Positions 36,462 to 46,044 of a DNA stretch of 64,000 nucleotides are shown in pieces. Every line of letters starts with the position of its first letter. Within the stretch, counting starts at the first letter, position 1. The notes beneath the pieces were generated by a model. It saw only the letters and a program-made list of their open reading frames with translations. It was not told the origin of the DNA and ran no database searches. This DNA is from Lachnospiraceae bacterium (lineage in GTDB: Bacteria > Bacillota > Clostridia > Lachnospirales > Lachnospiraceae), in assembly GCA_017619295.1 (NCBI GenBank), contig JAFZSQ010000079.1, positions 13,107-77,106 of the forward strand, given 5' to 3'. The position numbers were made by a program, and so were the translations under genes.

Positions 36462-37649
36462 ATGAAGGTTTGGTACAGAATCAGACAATGGTTCATGGCT
36501 GTAATGATCGGCATCATGACCAGACAGCCCAAGGTAATCAAGGGAAGCGGAAGCCTTGTAAAAATTGCGGACAACCTTGAGAAGACCGGCAAGAAGAAAG
36601 TATTTATCGTAACCGCACCGGTATTTATTGAGTGGGGTTCATTAAACGGACTTCTTGATGCCCTTAAGGCAAAGGGAATAGAGGCCACAGTTTTTTCAAA
36701 GGTGGCAACAGAGCCTACAATCGAGCTTGTAACCGAGGCTTTCGGTGAATATAAGAAGGCAGGCTGCGAGGCAATCATCGCAGTGGGCGGTGGAAGCGTA
36801 ATTGACTGTTCCAAGGCAGTTGGTGCTTTGGCAGTAAGCAGAAAGACAATTCCTCAGATGAGGGGCGTCCTTCGAATCTTAAAGAGACTTCCGGACCTTT
36901 ACGCGGTTCCCACCACAGCAGGTACCGGTTCAGAAACCACTGCGGCAGCAGTAATCACAGACACAATCGACGGAAAGCATTACAAATACGCAGTTAATGA
37001 TTTCTGCCTTATTCCCAGATACGCTGTACTTGATGCGGACCTTACCCTTACGGTTCCTGCCAAGATTACGGCAGCAACAGGTATGGATGCATTGACCCAT
37101 GCCGTTGAAGCCTATACAAATGACTTCGCATCCAATATGGTAAAAACCCGCGCTCTCGACGCAGTGAGCCTTATTTATAAGAACCTGCCCGCTGTATATG
37201 AGAACGGACAGAATGTTGAAGCAAGAGACAATATGCTTTACGCAGCATTCGAAGCGGGTATCGCTTTTACCACAAACTTTGTAGGATATGTTCACGCAGT
37301 TGCCCATGCAATCGGCGGACTTTACGGAGTTCTCCACGGCGAGGCTTGTTCCATAGTTCTTCCTTATGTAATGGAGCAGTTTGGTTCAAAGATTTACGGC
37401 CGCCTTGCAGAACTTGCAGATGCAGCAGGTGTTGCCGGAGCAACGGAAGAAGAGAAAGCTAAGAACTTCATCGCTTCAATTAGAGAGATGAATGAGAAGA
37501 TGGGAATTCCTTCAAAGGTTGAGAAGCTTAAGAAAGAAGACTTCGACGAGATAATCTCCCGTGCAATAAAGGAAGCCAACCCTCTTTATCCTTGTCCTGT
37601 GATTTGGAATAAGAAGGATTTTGAGATTCTTTTAAACAAACTGATATAA
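36462..37649 (+). CDS. Iron-containing (group III) alcohol dehydrogenase
   Basis: GGGSVIDCSKA and HAVAHAIGG motifs, 395 aa. Confidence 0.88.
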   Translation: MKVWYRIRQWFMAVMIGIMTRQPKVIKGSGSLVKIADNLEKTGKKKVFIVTAPVFIEWGSLNGLLDALKAKGIEATVFSKVATEPTIELVTEAFGEYKKAGCEAIIAVGGGSVIDCSKAVGALAVSRKTIPQMRGVLRILKRLPDLYAVPTTAGTGSETTAAAVITDTIDGKHYKYAVNDFCLIPRYAVLDADLTLTVPAKITAATGMDALTHAVEAYTNDFASNMVKTRALDAVSLIYKNLPAVYENGQNVEARDNMLYAAFEAGIAFTTNFVGYVHAVAHAIGGLYGVLHGEACSIVLPYVMEQFGSKIYGRLAELADAAGVAGATEEEKAKNFIASIREMNEKMGIPSKVEKLKKEDFDEIISRAIKEANPLYPCPVIWNKKDFEILLNKLI

Positions 37650-37682
37650 GTTCTTGAAATATTGAAAACAGGGTGATAACAT

Positions 37683-37717
37683 AAAAGTAACATGTTAGTT
37701 AAACATGTTACTTTTTT
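37683..37717 (+). terminator. Rho-independent terminator after the alcohol dehydrogenase gene
   Basis: 14-bp stem AAAAGTAACATGTT / AACATGTTACTTTT with a 5-nt loop. The stem's own T-rich 3' end is followed by TTG. Confidence 0.8.
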
Positions 37718-37748
37718 GTTTGTTTATATAATAGTTTGGAGGGTATAA

Positions 37749-38432
37749 ATGAATAATTCACTGAATCAGCAGACCTATGATTTGTTCAGAAAGGAAATAA
37801 TGACCTTCTCTTTAAAGCCCGGAGAGTCTGTGTCTGCGGCAAAGATTGCCGACAGGTATCACGTAAGCAGAACACCGGCCAGAGAAGCTTTGGTTAAATT
37901 GGAAAGAGAGGGGCTGATTGATATATATCCTCAGTCCAAATCCTTGATTTCCAGAATTGATACCGACAGGGCAAATGAAGAGTGGTTCATAAGAAAGACT
38001 TTGGAGCTCGGCGTGGTAGACGGACTTTTTGCCAACGTTACCGAGAAGGATATTAAGAAGATGTATGAGTACTGCAGAAAGATGGAGGAGATTTCGGCAG
38101 CACCGAGAACTCATGACTCGGCTTATGAGTACTTAAAGACCGATGATGAGTTCCACGCCATGTCTTTCCGAATTGCCGGAGAGAGTCTGGCAGCAGATAT
38201 CCTTGCTTCAACCATGGTTCACTATAACAGAATCAGACTCCTTATCGACCTTGATGATACATATTCAAGACGAACCGATGATACCCACGTTCAGCTGGTT
38301 AAACATCTGGAGCGTAATGAGAAGGAAGCTTACAGAGAATTGCTTAGCAGACATTTGGGATATCACGTACAGGATACAGAGGATTTAAGATCAAAGTATC
38401 CGGGTATATTTACTGAGAAAGAAGAGGACTAA
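37749..38432 (+). CDS. GntR-family (FadR/FCD subfamily) transcriptional regulator
   Basis: wHTH IADRYHVSRTPAREALVKLEREGLI with a helical C-terminal domain. Confidence 0.85.
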   Translation: MNNSLNQQTYDLFRKEIMTFSLKPGESVSAAKIADRYHVSRTPAREALVKLEREGLIDIYPQSKSLISRIDTDRANEEWFIRKTLELGVVDGLFANVTEKDIKKMYEYCRKMEEISAAPRTHDSAYEYLKTDDEFHAMSFRIAGESLAADILASTMVHYNRIRLLIDLDDTYSRRTDDTHVQLVKHLERNEKEAYRELLSRHLGYHVQDTEDLRSKYPGIFTEKEED

Positions 38433-38436
38433 TAAA

Positions 38437-39858
38437 ATGAAGGCTTTTATGGATAAAGACTTTTTGCTTAATACGGAAACTGCAAAAAGACTCTATTACA
38501 ATTTCGCGGATATGACCAAAATTCCGGTTTTGGATTATCACTGCCATATCAACCAGAAGGAAATCTGGGAGGACAGACAGTTTGACAATATCGCTCAGGT
38601 TTGGCTTGGGGGCGATCACTATAAGTGGCGTCAGATGAGAACCTGCGGCGTGGATGAGAAGTATATAACAGGGGACGCATCAGACTGGGAGAAGTTTGAA
38701 AAGTGGGCAGAGATTATGCCTAAGCTCATCGGAAATCCTCTTTATACCTGGTCTCACCTGGAGTTAAGATACTACTTTGGCTATGAGGGAAATCTCAATA
38801 AGGATACCGCCAAAGAGGTTTGGGATCTTTGCAATGAGAAGCTTAGAAGCAAGGATTTCTCCGTAAGGAACATTATCAAGAAATCCAATGTTACCCTGAT
38901 TTGTACAACCGATGATCCTGTGGACTCTTTGGAGTATCACAAGCTTATTAAAGACGACAAAACCTTTGATGTTAAGGTCCTTCCCGCATGGAGACCCGAT
39001 AAGGCCTGCAATATAGAGAAAGCTGATTTTGCCGAATACATGGCGAAGCTTTCCAATGTATCGGGAGTAAAGATTGAGACCTTCGAGGACTTAAAGAAGG
39101 CTCTGGCAAAGAGAATGGATTTCTTTGCCGATAACGGATGCGTAGTTTCAGACCACGGCCTTGAATATGTAATGTACAATCCCGCAGATGATGCAGAGAT
39201 TGAAGGCATCTTCAAGAGGGCAATGAATAAGCAGGCTGTAAGTGAAGACGAGAAGTCCAAGTACAAGACCGCATTTATGATTTATGTGGCGGGCGAATAC
39301 TGCAAGAGAAACTGGACAATGCAGCTTCACTACGGCGCAAAGCGCGACAACAACACATTTATGTTCAATAAACTGGGTCCGGATACTGGTTTTGACTGCA
39401 TCAATAACTACGCACCCAGCGCATTCCTGGCGGATTACCTTAATGCCCTTGCGGTAAAAGAGGCTGTTCCCAAAACCATCATTTATTCTCTCAACCCCAC
39501 CGATGACGCAGCAATCGGAACAATCATCGGATGCTTCCAGGGGGGTGGAGTAAGAAACAGAATTCAGCAGGGCAGCGCATGGTGGTTCAACGACAATCTT
39601 ACGGGAATGGTTAACCAGATGAAGTCTTTGGCAAACCTTTCTGCACTTGGCAATTTCGTTGGAATGCTGACGGATTCAAGGTCATTCCTTTCTTATACAA
39701 GACATGATTACTTCAGAAGAATTCTTTGCATGATGATCGGCGAGTGGGTTGAAAATGGCGAATTCCCTGACGACGACAAGCTTCTTTCTGATATCGTGAA
39801 GGGTATTTCCTATAACAACGCGGTAGAATACTTCGGATTTGATTTAAAGAAGGCTTAA
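38437..39858 (+). CDS. uxaC: Glucuronate isomerase
   Basis: 473 aa with the N-terminal pattern FLLNTETAKRLYY...PVLDYHCHI. Confidence 0.93.
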   Translation: MKAFMDKDFLLNTETAKRLYYNFADMTKIPVLDYHCHINQKEIWEDRQFDNIAQVWLGGDHYKWRQMRTCGVDEKYITGDASDWEKFEKWAEIMPKLIGNPLYTWSHLELRYYFGYEGNLNKDTAKEVWDLCNEKLRSKDFSVRNIIKKSNVTLICTTDDPVDSLEYHKLIKDDKTFDVKVLPAWRPDKACNIEKADFAEYMAKLSNVSGVKIETFEDLKKALAKRMDFFADNGCVVSDHGLEYVMYNPADDAEIEGIFKRAMNKQAVSEDEKSKYKTAFMIYVAGEYCKRNWTMQLHYGAKRDNNTFMFNKLGPDTGFDCINNYAPSAFLADYLNALAVKEAVPKTIIYSLNPTDDAAIGTIIGCFQGGGVRNRIQQGSAWWFNDNLTGMVNQMKSLANLSALGNFVGMLTDSRSFLSYTRHDYFRRILCMMIGEWVENGEFPDDDKLLSDIVKGISYNNAVEYFGFDLKKA

Positions 39859-39880
39859 GGACTTTAAAGGAGATAGGTAG

Positions 39881-40843
39881 ATGAATAAAGTACTGGAAGA
39901 AATTAGCAAAATAGGTATAGTTCCTGTTATTGCGCTGGATGAGGCGAAGGACGCGAAACCCCTTGCCAAGGCTTTAATTGACGGTGGACTTCCCTGCGCG
40001 GAGGTAACCTTCAGAACCGCGGCAGCAGAGGAATCCATAAGAATTATTTCAAAAGAATTCCCTGAAATGCTTGTGGGAGCGGGAACGGTGCTTACAACCG
40101 AGCAGGTGGATAAAGCTGTGGCAGCAGGTGCCAAGTTTATCGTAAGTCCCGGACTTAACCCCGAAGTAGTTAAGTATTGTGTGGATAAAAACATTCCTGT
40201 TTGCCCCGGATGTTCAAATCCTTCGGATATTGAGCAGGCCATTTCACTGGGACTTGATGTGGTTAAGTTTTTCCCCGCAGAGGCAGCAGGAGGCCTTGCG
40301 ATGATTAAGGCTATGTCTGCGCCCTATGTAAATATGAAGTTCATGCCCACCGGCGGAATCAACGCAAAGAACCTTAACGAGTATCTGGGATTCAAGAAAA
40401 TCATCGCCTGCGGCGGAAGCTGGATGGTGAAATCCGACATGATTAAGGCCGGAGAGTTTGGTAAGATTACAGCCCTTACAAAGGAGGCTGTTGAGCTGAT
40501 GCTGGGATTCGAGTTAAGACATATCGGAATCAACTCAGAGGATGAGAAAGCTGCGGAGAAGACAGCTACAGACTTCTGCGATTTATTTGGTTTTGCGAAG
40601 GATGAGAGAAGCGCATCGATTTTTGCCGGAACAGGACTTGAAATAATGAAGATGCAGGGTCGCGGAAAGTTCGGCCACATTGCTATCGCCACAAACAGCG
40701 TGGAGAGAGCGGTTTATCATCTGACAAAGAGAGGCTGCGTTTTTGACTATGACAGCGCAACCTATGACAACGACGGCAAAATCAAATTTATCTACATTAA
40801 AGAAGATATGGGTGGGTTTGGCGTTCACCTTGTAAACAAATAA
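39881..40843 (+). CDS. eda: KDPG/KHG aldolase fused to a C-terminal VOC/glyoxalase-like domain
   Basis: Residues 1-~205 are Eda-like (GAGTVLT, VKFFPAEA, PTGGI). Residues ~210-320 resemble a VOC fold (LRHIGINS...FGHIAIAT...GVHLV). Confidence 0.8.
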   Translation: MNKVLEEISKIGIVPVIALDEAKDAKPLAKALIDGGLPCAEVTFRTAAAEESIRIISKEFPEMLVGAGTVLTTEQVDKAVAAGAKFIVSPGLNPEVVKYCVDKNIPVCPGCSNPSDIEQAISLGLDVVKFFPAEAAGGLAMIKAMSAPYVNMKFMPTGGINAKNLNEYLGFKKIIACGGSWMVKSDMIKAGEFGKITALTKEAVELMLGFELRHIGINSEDEKAAEKTATDFCDLFGFAKDERSASIFAGTGLEIMKMQGRGKFGHIAIATNSVERAVYHLTKRGCVFDYDSATYDNDGKIKFIYIKEDMGGFGVHLVNK

Positions 40844-40855
40844 AGGAGATTAGGT

Positions 40856-41878
40856 ATGGGCAAAGTAATAACATTTGGTGAGATAATGCTTCGTCTGGCA
40901 CCTGAGGGATATTACAGATTCGTGCAGGCGGAGAAATATGGAGCAACATATGGCGGTGGAGAGGCCAATGTATCGGTTTCCCTCGCAAACTTCGGACTGG
41001 ACACGGCTTTTGTAACAAAGCTTCCCAAGCATGAAATCGGCCAGGCGGGAGTCAACAGCTTAAGAAGATTCGGTGTAGATACAAGCTATATTGTAAGAGG
41101 CGGCGACAGAGTGGGAATCTATTATCTTGAGAAGGGTGCAAGCCAGAGACCCAGCAAGGTAATCTATGACAGAGCAGGTTCTGCAATTGCCACCGCTAAG
41201 AAAGAGGATTTCGATTGGAATAAGATTTTCGAGGATGCCGAGTGGTTTCACTTTACAGGAATTACCCCAGCTCTCGGAGATGAGATCGCTGAGATTTGCC
41301 TTGAGGCATGTAAGGCAGCCAAGGCAAAGGGAATTACCGTAAGCTGTGACCTTAACTACAGAAATAAGCTTTGGAGCAAAGAGAAAGCCGGAGAAGTAAT
41401 GGCTAAGCTTTGCGAGTATGTAGACGTTTGCATCGCCAACGAAGAGGATGCCAACGATGTATTCGGAATCAAAGCTAAAGATACAGACGTAACAACCGGA
41501 AAGGTTAACCACGAGGGCTACAAGGACGTTGCTAAACAGCTTGCAGACCGCTTCGGATTCAAGAAGGTGGCCATCACCTTAAGAGGTTCAATTTCAGCCA
41601 ACGACAATAACTGGGCAGCAATGCTTTATGACGGCTCAGATTACTACTTCAGCAAGAATTACCTGATTCACATCGTAGACAGAGTAGGCGGCGGCGACTC
41701 CTTCGGAGCCGGACTTATCTACTCCATGATTAATAACTACGGTTCTCAGGAGACCATCGAATTCGCAGTGGCAGCCAGCTGCTTAAAGCACTCCATCGAA
41801 GGCGACTTCAACATGGTTACCGTAGACGAAGTAAAGAAACTCGCCGGCGGCGACGGCTCCGGCCGCGTACAAAGATAA
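40856..41878 (+). CDS. kdgK: 2-dehydro-3-deoxygluconokinase (PfkB family)
   Basis: 340 aa with GGGEANV and the GGGDSFGAG anion hole. Confidence 0.9.
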   Translation: MGKVITFGEIMLRLAPEGYYRFVQAEKYGATYGGGEANVSVSLANFGLDTAFVTKLPKHEIGQAGVNSLRRFGVDTSYIVRGGDRVGIYYLEKGASQRPSKVIYDRAGSAIATAKKEDFDWNKIFEDAEWFHFTGITPALGDEIAEICLEACKAAKAKGITVSCDLNYRNKLWSKEKAGEVMAKLCEYVDVCIANEEDANDVFGIKAKDTDVTTGKVNHEGYKDVAKQLADRFGFKKVAITLRGSISANDNNWAAMLYDGSDYYFSKNYLIHIVDRVGGGDSFGAGLIYSMINNYGSQETIEFAVAASCLKHSIEGDFNMVTVDEVKKLAGGDGSGRVQR

Positions 41879-41910
41879 TAGGTGCAATAAGCAAGTTTGG
41901 GACAGGTTTG
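41879..41910 (+). repeat. Direct repeat copy 1 (32 nt)
   Basis: TAGGTGCAATAAGCAAGTTTGGGACAGGTTTG begins right after the kdgK stop. It matches 48090-48121 at 31 of 32 positions. Confidence 0.9.
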
Positions 41911-41928
41911 AAACCTGTCCTTTTTTTT
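41899..41928 (+). terminator. Rho-independent terminator of the uxaC-eda-kdgK operon
   Basis: GGACAGG-TTTGAAA-CCTGTCC followed by T8. Its left arm lies inside repeat copy 1. Confidence 0.85.
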
Positions 41929-42072
41929 GTATCTCTCAATTAACTCAAAAAATTGCCACATCTTCCGTGTATTGTGGAAAATAAACAGTTTTTATGAGTA
42001 TTTACCGAGGTTTTTGTGCATGTTAGACTAAAAGTGAAAACAAAGTGGATGTTCCGAATAGGAGAAAGATAC

Positions 42073-43758
42073 ATGAACGGAATAATCGCAGTAAGTGGAA
42101 TGGCATATGCAAACGCATATATTATTCGAGAAACAAGAGCTTGTTTGGAGCCGGTTTACACAGAGGATGTCGAGAGAGAATTATCAAGACTTCAGACGGC
42201 GTCAAAGGAATGTGGCAGGCAGCTGTCAGACCTGATAGATGGATTGAAGCAGGATTCGGGCGAGGAACAGGCCGCAATTCTTGAGTTTCAGTACATGCTT
42301 TTGGAAGATGAGAATTACTTCGGAAGCATCTGCAACATTGTAAAGAATGAAAAAGTTATAAGTGAGTACGCAGTATCCAAGTACTCTGAAGAATACAGAC
42401 AAGAACTTCTTGCCCTGGATAACGAATATCTCAACCAGAGAGCATCGGACATAAAAGATATAGAAGAGCGCCTTCTCAAGAATCTTAATTCTAAAAAAGA
42501 CGAGGCAGGGAACGACGAACCGATTATTGTGGTGGCAAGGGATTTAACACCTTCGCGGTTTGTAGAACTTTCAAGAGGCGACTTGAAAGGAATTATTCTT
42601 GAAGAAGGCGGACTTTCCTCACACTGTGTAATTCTTGCAAGATCATTTAATATTCCCTGCATGGTTGGAGTTACCGGAGCCATAGACGATTTGGACGGAG
42701 CAAAGACAATACTTTTAGATGCCATATCCGGTCAGATAATAAAGAATCCCACCTCGGAGAAAATCGGGGGATATGAGACTTATCAGAGAGAAGCAGACAA
42801 GGTGAAGGAAAGCCTTGAAGAATATAAAACCAAAAAGACTGAAACCGCTGATGGCAAGCACATGGGGGTATACGCCAACATCACTTCAACAGAAGAGGTT
42901 TCGGCACTTAAAGGAAACGGTGGCGAGGGCGTTGGTCTTCTTAGGACTGAAATGCTTTATATGGAAAAAGCCACAGCTCCTACGAGAGAGGAACAAATCT
43001 GGTTCTATTCAAAGATAGCAAAGGAACTGGAAAACAGACCTTTGATTATTCGTACTTTGGATGTAGGCGGGGATAAGAAGATACCCTATCTTAATATCCC
43101 GGAAGAAGAAAACCCATTTCTGGGATTTAGAGCCATCAGATTTTGCCTGGAAAATGATGATATTTTCCTTACGCAGCTGGAAGCGATTCTTAGCTCCTGT
43201 GAATATGGAAACGTGAAAATAATGATTCCCATGGTCTCAACCATTGATGAGTTTAAGAGGGCCAAGGAGAAGATTGATTCTCTGGCAAAAACCAAATCTC
43301 TCAATGTACAGGTGGGAATGATGGTGGAAACGCCTGCGGCGGCAATAATGGCAGACCGATTTGCCAAGGTGGCGGATTTCTTCAGCATCGGAACCAATGA
43401 TTTGACGCAGTACATTTTTGCGGCAGACAGAAACAATAAAAAAGTGGCACACCTTAATTCATATTTCAATCCCGCTCTTTTAAGAGCAGTGGCAAACATC
43501 TGCAAAGAAGCGAGGAAAGAGGGAATTGAGGTTGATATATGCGGGCAGGCCGGAGAGGTAGAAGAATTAATACCTTTGTGGGTCGGAATGGGAGTCGACA
43601 ACTTAAGTGTCAGCATTCCTTCCATAACAAGAGTCAGAAGAACCATAAGCCTGTGCGACACCAAAAAATGTAAGGCATTAGTTGAAAAGGTAATGGAATT
43701 ATCCACGCAGGACGAGGTAAAAGAATTGCTGGAGAAGGAGAAGGACAAATGGTTGTAA
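42073..43758 (+). CDS. ptsI: PTS Enzyme I (PEP-protein phosphotransferase)
   Basis: Start MNGIIAVSG after AGGAGA. Motifs: phospho-His region GGLSSHCVILARS, GLLRTEMLY, FFSIGTNDLTQY. Confidence 0.93.
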   Translation: MNGIIAVSGMAYANAYIIRETRACLEPVYTEDVERELSRLQTASKECGRQLSDLIDGLKQDSGEEQAAILEFQYMLLEDENYFGSICNIVKNEKVISEYAVSKYSEEYRQELLALDNEYLNQRASDIKDIEERLLKNLNSKKDEAGNDEPIIVVARDLTPSRFVELSRGDLKGIILEEGGLSSHCVILARSFNIPCMVGVTGAIDDLDGAKTILLDAISGQIIKNPTSEKIGGYETYQREADKVKESLEEYKTKKTETADGKHMGVYANITSTEEVSALKGNGGEGVGLLRTEMLYMEKATAPTREEQIWFYSKIAKELENRPLIIRTLDVGGDKKIPYLNIPEEENPFLGFRAIRFCLENDDIFLTQLEAILSSCEYGNVKIMIPMVSTIDEFKRAKEKIDSLAKTKSLNVQVGMMVETPAAAIMADRFAKVADFFSIGTNDLTQYIFAADRNNKKVAHLNSYFNPALLRAVANICKEARKEGIEVDICGQAGEVEELIPLWVGMGVDNLSVSIPSITRVRRTISLCDTKKCKALVEKVMELSTQDEVKELLEKEKDKWL

Positions 43759-44015
43759 AAGAATTGCAAGTAATGAATGAATTGGGGTTTCACGCAAGAG
43801 TAGCCTGCAAGATAGCCAGAAGCATAGGCGAGTTCGGAAGCAGCGTAAATCTGGTGAAAAATGGCAAAAAGTATGACCTTAAAAGCGTAACCGGGGTTAT
43901 GATGTCTGCCGCAAAAAACGGTGAAATCGTAACCGTAGAAATTGAAGGCGATGATGAGGAATCAACTGCGGCAGCTCTTGAAAAACTCTTCGCCGACAAA
44001 TTTGGAGAAAGGTAG
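43749..44015 (+). CDS. ptsH: HPr phosphocarrier protein
   Basis: 88 aa. His15 context NELGFHARVA and Ser46 context LKSVTGVM. It overlaps ptsI by 10 nt. Confidence 0.88.
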   Translation: MVVKELQVMNELGFHARVACKIARSIGEFGSSVNLVKNGKKYDLKSVTGVMMSAAKNGEIVTVEIEGDDEESTAAALEKLFADKFGER

Positions 44016-44025
44016 GGGATAGGAA

Positions 44026-44346
44026 ATGGATAATGTTGAAGTTGCTATGACTCTTATAGCTCAGGCCGGGGATTCAAGAAGCTATTGTATGGAAGCGGTG
44101 GCTCTGGCAAAAGAAGGCAAGTTCGATGAGGCCAAAAAAGCTTTGGAGAATGCAGCAAACGGAATGATTGCAGCGCATGAGACACAGACAGACTTAATCA
44201 GAAAGGAAATGGAGGGCACGGGCGAGCCGGTATCTTTACTTATGGTACATGCTCAGGATCATCTTAATCTTGCTCTGATTATGAGAGACGTGGCGGAAGA
44301 ATTTGTTTACATACATGAGAAATTCGTGGAAATGGAGGGTAGATAA
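44026..44346 (+). CDS. PTS lactose/cellobiose-family EIIA
   Basis: 106 aa helical protein with the HAQDHL motif. Confidence 0.88.
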   Translation: MDNVEVAMTLIAQAGDSRSYCMEAVALAKEGKFDEAKKALENAANGMIAAHETQTDLIRKEMEGTGEPVSLLMVHAQDHLNLALIMRDVAEEFVYIHEKFVEMEGR

Positions 44347-44657
44347 TGGTTATCACTTTGGTTTGTAATCTCGGAATGTCCACAAGCATATTGGTTGATA
44401 AACTTATCAAATATGCAGCAGAAAAAGGAATAGAAGCCGATGTAGAGGCAAGAGCTTTTCAAAGAATTGAAGACAGAATTCATGACACCGATATTCTGCT
44501 GATTGGTCCTCAGGTTCGATTCATGACCAAGCAGTTTGAAGAAAAATATGGAAATGAAGTACCGGTAATAATGGTAATGGATATGTCTGATTATGCACTG
44601 ACAAGGGCAGACAAAATTTTCGACAGAGCATATGAGGAGTATCAAAAGAAACAATAA
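44346..44657 (+). CDS. PTS lactose/cellobiose-family EIIB
   Basis: 103 aa with active-site Cys in MVITLVCNLGMSTS. Confidence 0.88.
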   Translation: MVITLVCNLGMSTSILVDKLIKYAAEKGIEADVEARAFQRIEDRIHDTDILLIGPQVRFMTKQFEEKYGNEVPVIMVMDMSDYALTRADKIFDRAYEEYQKKQ

Positions 44658-44675
44658 TCTTATGGAGGAAAGAAA

Positions 44676-45986
44676 ATGAGCGCAGAAACAAAAAAAGGCG
44701 GCTTCATGAAATTTATGGAAGAAAAGTTTCTTCCCGTTGCCGCAAAGCTTGGGGGACAAAGGCATCTTCTCGCATTGAGAGATGGCGTTGTCATGGTTAT
44801 GCCTCTGCTGATTCTTGGAGCTTTTTCCATGATTATAGCGGAGTTTCCTGTTGAAGCATTCATAAACTTTATGGCCAGAGTATTTGGCGAGAACTGGAAT
44901 GCATTCGAAGGAGTAATAATGCATGCGACCTACGGAATTGTATCTGTAGTTGCATGTTTTGGAGTAGCGAGATCTTTGGTTAACAGCTACGATGTGGATG
45001 GAACACCTGCGGGAATTATTGCAATGTCTGCATTCTTTGCAATTATAGTTCCCTCGTCATTGGTTGACGATGCAGGAGAGACAGTGGAAGCCTGGATAGC
45101 AGGTTCACTTGATGCAACATTGCTTTTCACCGCACTTCTTACAGCTTTAATCGTAGGTGAGATATATCGTCTCCTTGTACAGAAAAACTTTACGATTAAA
45201 CTTCCTGATTCTGTACCTAAAGCAGTATCAGCACAGTTCACCGCACTTCTGCCCGGTACGGTTATCATCGTTATTTTTACAGCCATCAGACTTTTGTTTG
45301 CGGCTACACCTTGGGGAGGTTTTCCGGAATTCGTTACGGATATCATTTCAACACCCTTAAGACACCTTGGAACATCTTATATCGGAACCCTTATAGCATG
45401 CTTCTTCGAGCATCTGCTTTGGTTCTTTGGACTTCACGGTTCAGCCATCATCATCTTCCCTATATTCGAGCCTTTATGGTTAATGAATATGGCCGAGAAT
45501 ATTTCTGATGGAGCACGTAACATAGTTACCTTCACATTCTATGAGAATGGTGTATGGATTGGTGGTTCAGGAGCAACTTTACCTGTAGTAATCTACATGC
45601 TCTTCTGTGCAAAATCAAAGCTCTTAAAGAATGTAGGTAAAGTCGGAATCGCACCCGGTATCTTCAATATCAACGAGCCTGTAACCTTTGGCTTGCCGGT
45701 TGTACTTAATCCTATACTTATGATTCCTTACATTCTTTCACCTATAGCTGCCATGACAGTTCAGTATATCGGAACCGCAATTGGGTTGTTCCCTCTTTGC
45801 AACAACATGGTACCTTGGACTTGTCCGATTCTCATAAGTGGATTCCTGTCGACAGGAAGCATAATGGGAACTGTAGCACAGTTATGCGGAATGGCGGTAT
45901 CCTTCCTGATTTGGCTGCCGTTCATAAGAGTTTGGGATAAAAAATGCTACAATGATGAGCTTGCATCTATTGAAGCGAAGGAATAA
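44676..45986 (+). CDS. PTS lactose/cellobiose-family EIIC permease
   Basis: 436 aa, polytopic, with the N-terminal pattern FMEEKFLPVAAKLGGQRHLLALRDG. Confidence 0.9.
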   Translation: MSAETKKGGFMKFMEEKFLPVAAKLGGQRHLLALRDGVVMVMPLLILGAFSMIIAEFPVEAFINFMARVFGENWNAFEGVIMHATYGIVSVVACFGVARSLVNSYDVDGTPAGIIAMSAFFAIIVPSSLVDDAGETVEAWIAGSLDATLLFTALLTALIVGEIYRLLVQKNFTIKLPDSVPKAVSAQFTALLPGTVIIVIFTAIRLLFAATPWGGFPEFVTDIISTPLRHLGTSYIGTLIACFFEHLLWFFGLHGSAIIIFPIFEPLWLMNMAENISDGARNIVTFTFYENGVWIGGSGATLPVVIYMLFCAKSKLLKNVGKVGIAPGIFNINEPVTFGLPVVLNPILMIPYILSPIAAMTVQYIGTAIGLFPLCNNMVPWTCPILISGFLSTGSIMGTVAQLCGMAVSFLIWLPFIRVWDKKCYNDELASIEAKE

Positions 45987-46044
45987 GAAAGCGGCGAGGG
46001 GAAGTCAAATTCTCCTCGCCAAAAGTGCTATGGAGGGTTAACTA

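Noticed and set aside
41060-41512. 150-aa minus-strand ORF. The similar antisense ORFs at 10773-11210, 17844-18272, 36434-36814 and 36930-37337 belong with it.
   Set aside because: Each lies fully inside a confidently assigned gene on the opposite strand. I recognised no motifs or start signals.
43086-43793. 235-aa minus-strand ORF in the track.
   Set aside because: It is entirely antisense to ptsI, which has unmistakable Enzyme I motifs. The product is low-complexity and Ser/Leu-rich with no RBS context. I treat it as a shadow ORF.
44307-44924. 205-aa minus-strand ORF spanning the IIA end, IIB and the IIC start.
   Set aside because: It is antisense to three well-supported PTS genes and crosses their intergenic regions. 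Its composition is typical of a shadow frame.
45987-46030. GGCGAGG...CCTCGCC stem-loop after the EIIC gene as a terminator.
   Set aside because: No U-tract follows it, and the next genes continue on the same strand. It may be an intra-operon stabiliser, so it is not annotated.
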